64,000 bases of DNA from an uncultured Actinomycetes bacterium (GTDB taxonomy: Bacteria; Actinomycetota; Thermoleophilia; Solirubrobacterales; 70-9), in NCBI GenBank assembly GCA_963740145.1, contig CAVUDI010000002.1:36579-100578 (forward strand). Direction: 5' to 3'. Position 1 is the stretch's first letter. Every line of letters starts with the position of its first letter. Positions 62,869 to 64,000 of this stretch are shown in pieces. The notes below the pieces were generated by a model, which saw only the letters and a list, made by a program, of their open reading frames with translations, did not search any database and was not told where the DNA came from. The translations under genes and the position numbers were made by a program.

Positions 62869-64000
62869 ATGCCGGGTCGTCCGAGCAGGAGGGTCATCGC
62901 CCTCGAGCTGGCCGCACTAGTCGCGGCGCTCGGGGTGGCGATCCTGTGCAACGGGGACTCCAACTGGGACCTGGCCCTGTTCGCCATCCTGCTTGCCACG
63001 TCAGTCGTCGGCGACCTGACGGCGGTGGATACCCCGACGCCAGCCGGATGTCGATCTCGTCGAGCTTCCTGACCATCGTCACGGCGACGGTCTTCCTGGG
63101 CGAGACCCCGGCGGCGCTGATCGGGGTCGCCACCATCGGCGCCGGATGGCTCCGGTTCCGCTACGCGCCCGCGACCCTTTTGATCAACCTGGTCACGTAC
63201 GCCTGGTTCCCGCTGATCTCCGGACTCGCCTTCACGGCAACGCTACAAGCGACGGGTATCGGCCCGACGGACGCGTTCTTCTACCTGTCGGTGTTCGGCC
63301 TCTTCGTCGTCGCGCTGGCGATCGACTTCATCCTGATCGCGGGTTACTTCAGCTACGTGGAGGGGACCTCGCTTTGGGCCAAGACGCGACGAGCCCTCGC
63401 CCCGCTGCTTCCCTCCGAGCTCGCCTCCGCCCTGCTGGCCGTCGGCGTCGCCTACCTCTACGTGCAGTTCGGCCTGCCCACCGTCGCCCTGTTCGCCGTC
63501 GTCGTAATCGTCTTCCAGTACCTGATCGGCGCCCTGCTCGTCTCCCAGCAACGAGCCGACGAGCTCGAGCTGCGAGCCAAGCAGCTTGCCGGCTTCCAGG
63601 TCGCCCTGCTGAGCGCCCTGCTGCGCACGCTCGACCTCCGCGACCGGATGACCGCGCGCCACAGCGCCGCGGTCGCGCGCTACGCGCGGGAGATCGCCGC
63701 CGCCGCCGGGCTCTCCGAGGAGGAGCAGGAGCTGGCGCACACCGCCGGCCTGCTCCACGACATCGGCAAGTTCATCCTCCCGGACCGGATCCTGAAGGGA
63801 AACGTGGAGCTGACCGAAGCCGACTGGGTGGAGATCCGCAAGCACCCCTACGAGGGCGCCCGGATCGTCTCCGAGATCGACGGCTACCAGCCTGTGGGCG
63901 AGATCATCCTGGCGCACCACGAGCGCCTCGACGGCCTCGGCTACCCGCTGAGCCTCCATGGCGACGAGATTCCACTGCTGTCGAGGGTGATCGCCGTCGC
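62869..64000 (+). CDS. membrane-anchored HD-GYP domain phosphodiesterase (one frame break at about 63040; the 3' end runs off the window)
   Basis: MPGRPSRRVIALELAALVAALGVAIL.., then my translation of the next frame: ..SSSFLTIVTATVFLGETPAALIG... (several helices) ...RDRMTARHSAAVARYAREIA..LAHTAGLLHDIGKFILPD...HPYEGARIV...ILAHHERLDGLGYPLSL. It is not in the ORF track because no stop occurs before 64000. Confidence 0.85.

Overview
Very GC-rich, actinobacterial-type chromosome segment. Gene content and the many MSQENVE-type NTF2 paralogs suggest a Thermoleophilia- or Rubrobacteria-like lineage, but that is inference only.

Layout:
- 1-8.5 kb: accessory patch. It holds a SAM methyltransferase, a repeat-rich acidic protein, SnoaL/NTF2-like paralogs, an integrase stub, and a two-gene secreted Ca-binding (RTX-like) module bracketed by 57-bp direct repeats.
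- 8.5-28 kb: core metabolism. ilvC, an NTF2-like gene, menE / menB-menA-menC-menD / menF, ilvN-ilvB, SCP2 plus sqdB divergent from a membrane GT2, NDH-2, a hicAB pair, gatCAB.
- 28-31.5 kb: decayed accessory patch. Integrase stub, Zn-ribbon gene, membrane protein, multiply broken GMC oxidoreductase.
- 31.5-37.2 kb: folD, pcrA, cysE, cysK.
- 37.2-46.4 kb: accessory and regulatory island. Orphan hypotheticals, an RHH regulator, three head-to-tail SnoaL-like genes ending at a breakpoint with a truncated DNA methyltransferase, an HK97-capsid prophage remnant, Rrf2, REC-LuxR and HDOD-LuxR regulators.
- 46.4-53.5 kb: gltX, small membrane protein, nfo, Cys-rich ORF, dnaE.
- 53.5-64 kb: sixA, an envelope-polysaccharide locus (epimerase, O-antigen-ligase-like/TPR protein, PAS-LuxR, priming sugar transferase, LPXTG mini-protein) and a signalling cluster (LuxR-GAF, STAS, SpoIIE-phosphatase/kinase fusion, HTH, HD-GYP).

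I saw no rRNA, tRNA or CRISPR array.

I did not find a clear multi-gene system that I can call new. The signals most worth a second look:
- A structured ~100-nt intergenic repeat family that runs from stop codon to stop codon and shows compensatory base changes between copies.
- A perfect 16-bp hairpin enclosing the nfo start codon, plus a diverged copy of the nfo 5' end abutting gltX.
- An expanded SnoaL-like family sharing a 19-nt promoter-like leader and leaving orphan 5' and 3' stubs.
- An NTF2-like gene embedded in a men cluster that lacks menH and a DHNA-CoA thioesterase.
- sqdB in a non-phototroph-like context.

Major caveat: about 30 reading frames, including essential genes, are broken by single-base indels. 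These are mostly +1 in G/C runs, so assembly error is the most likely cause. Pseudogene calls that rest only on frameshifts are therefore weak.
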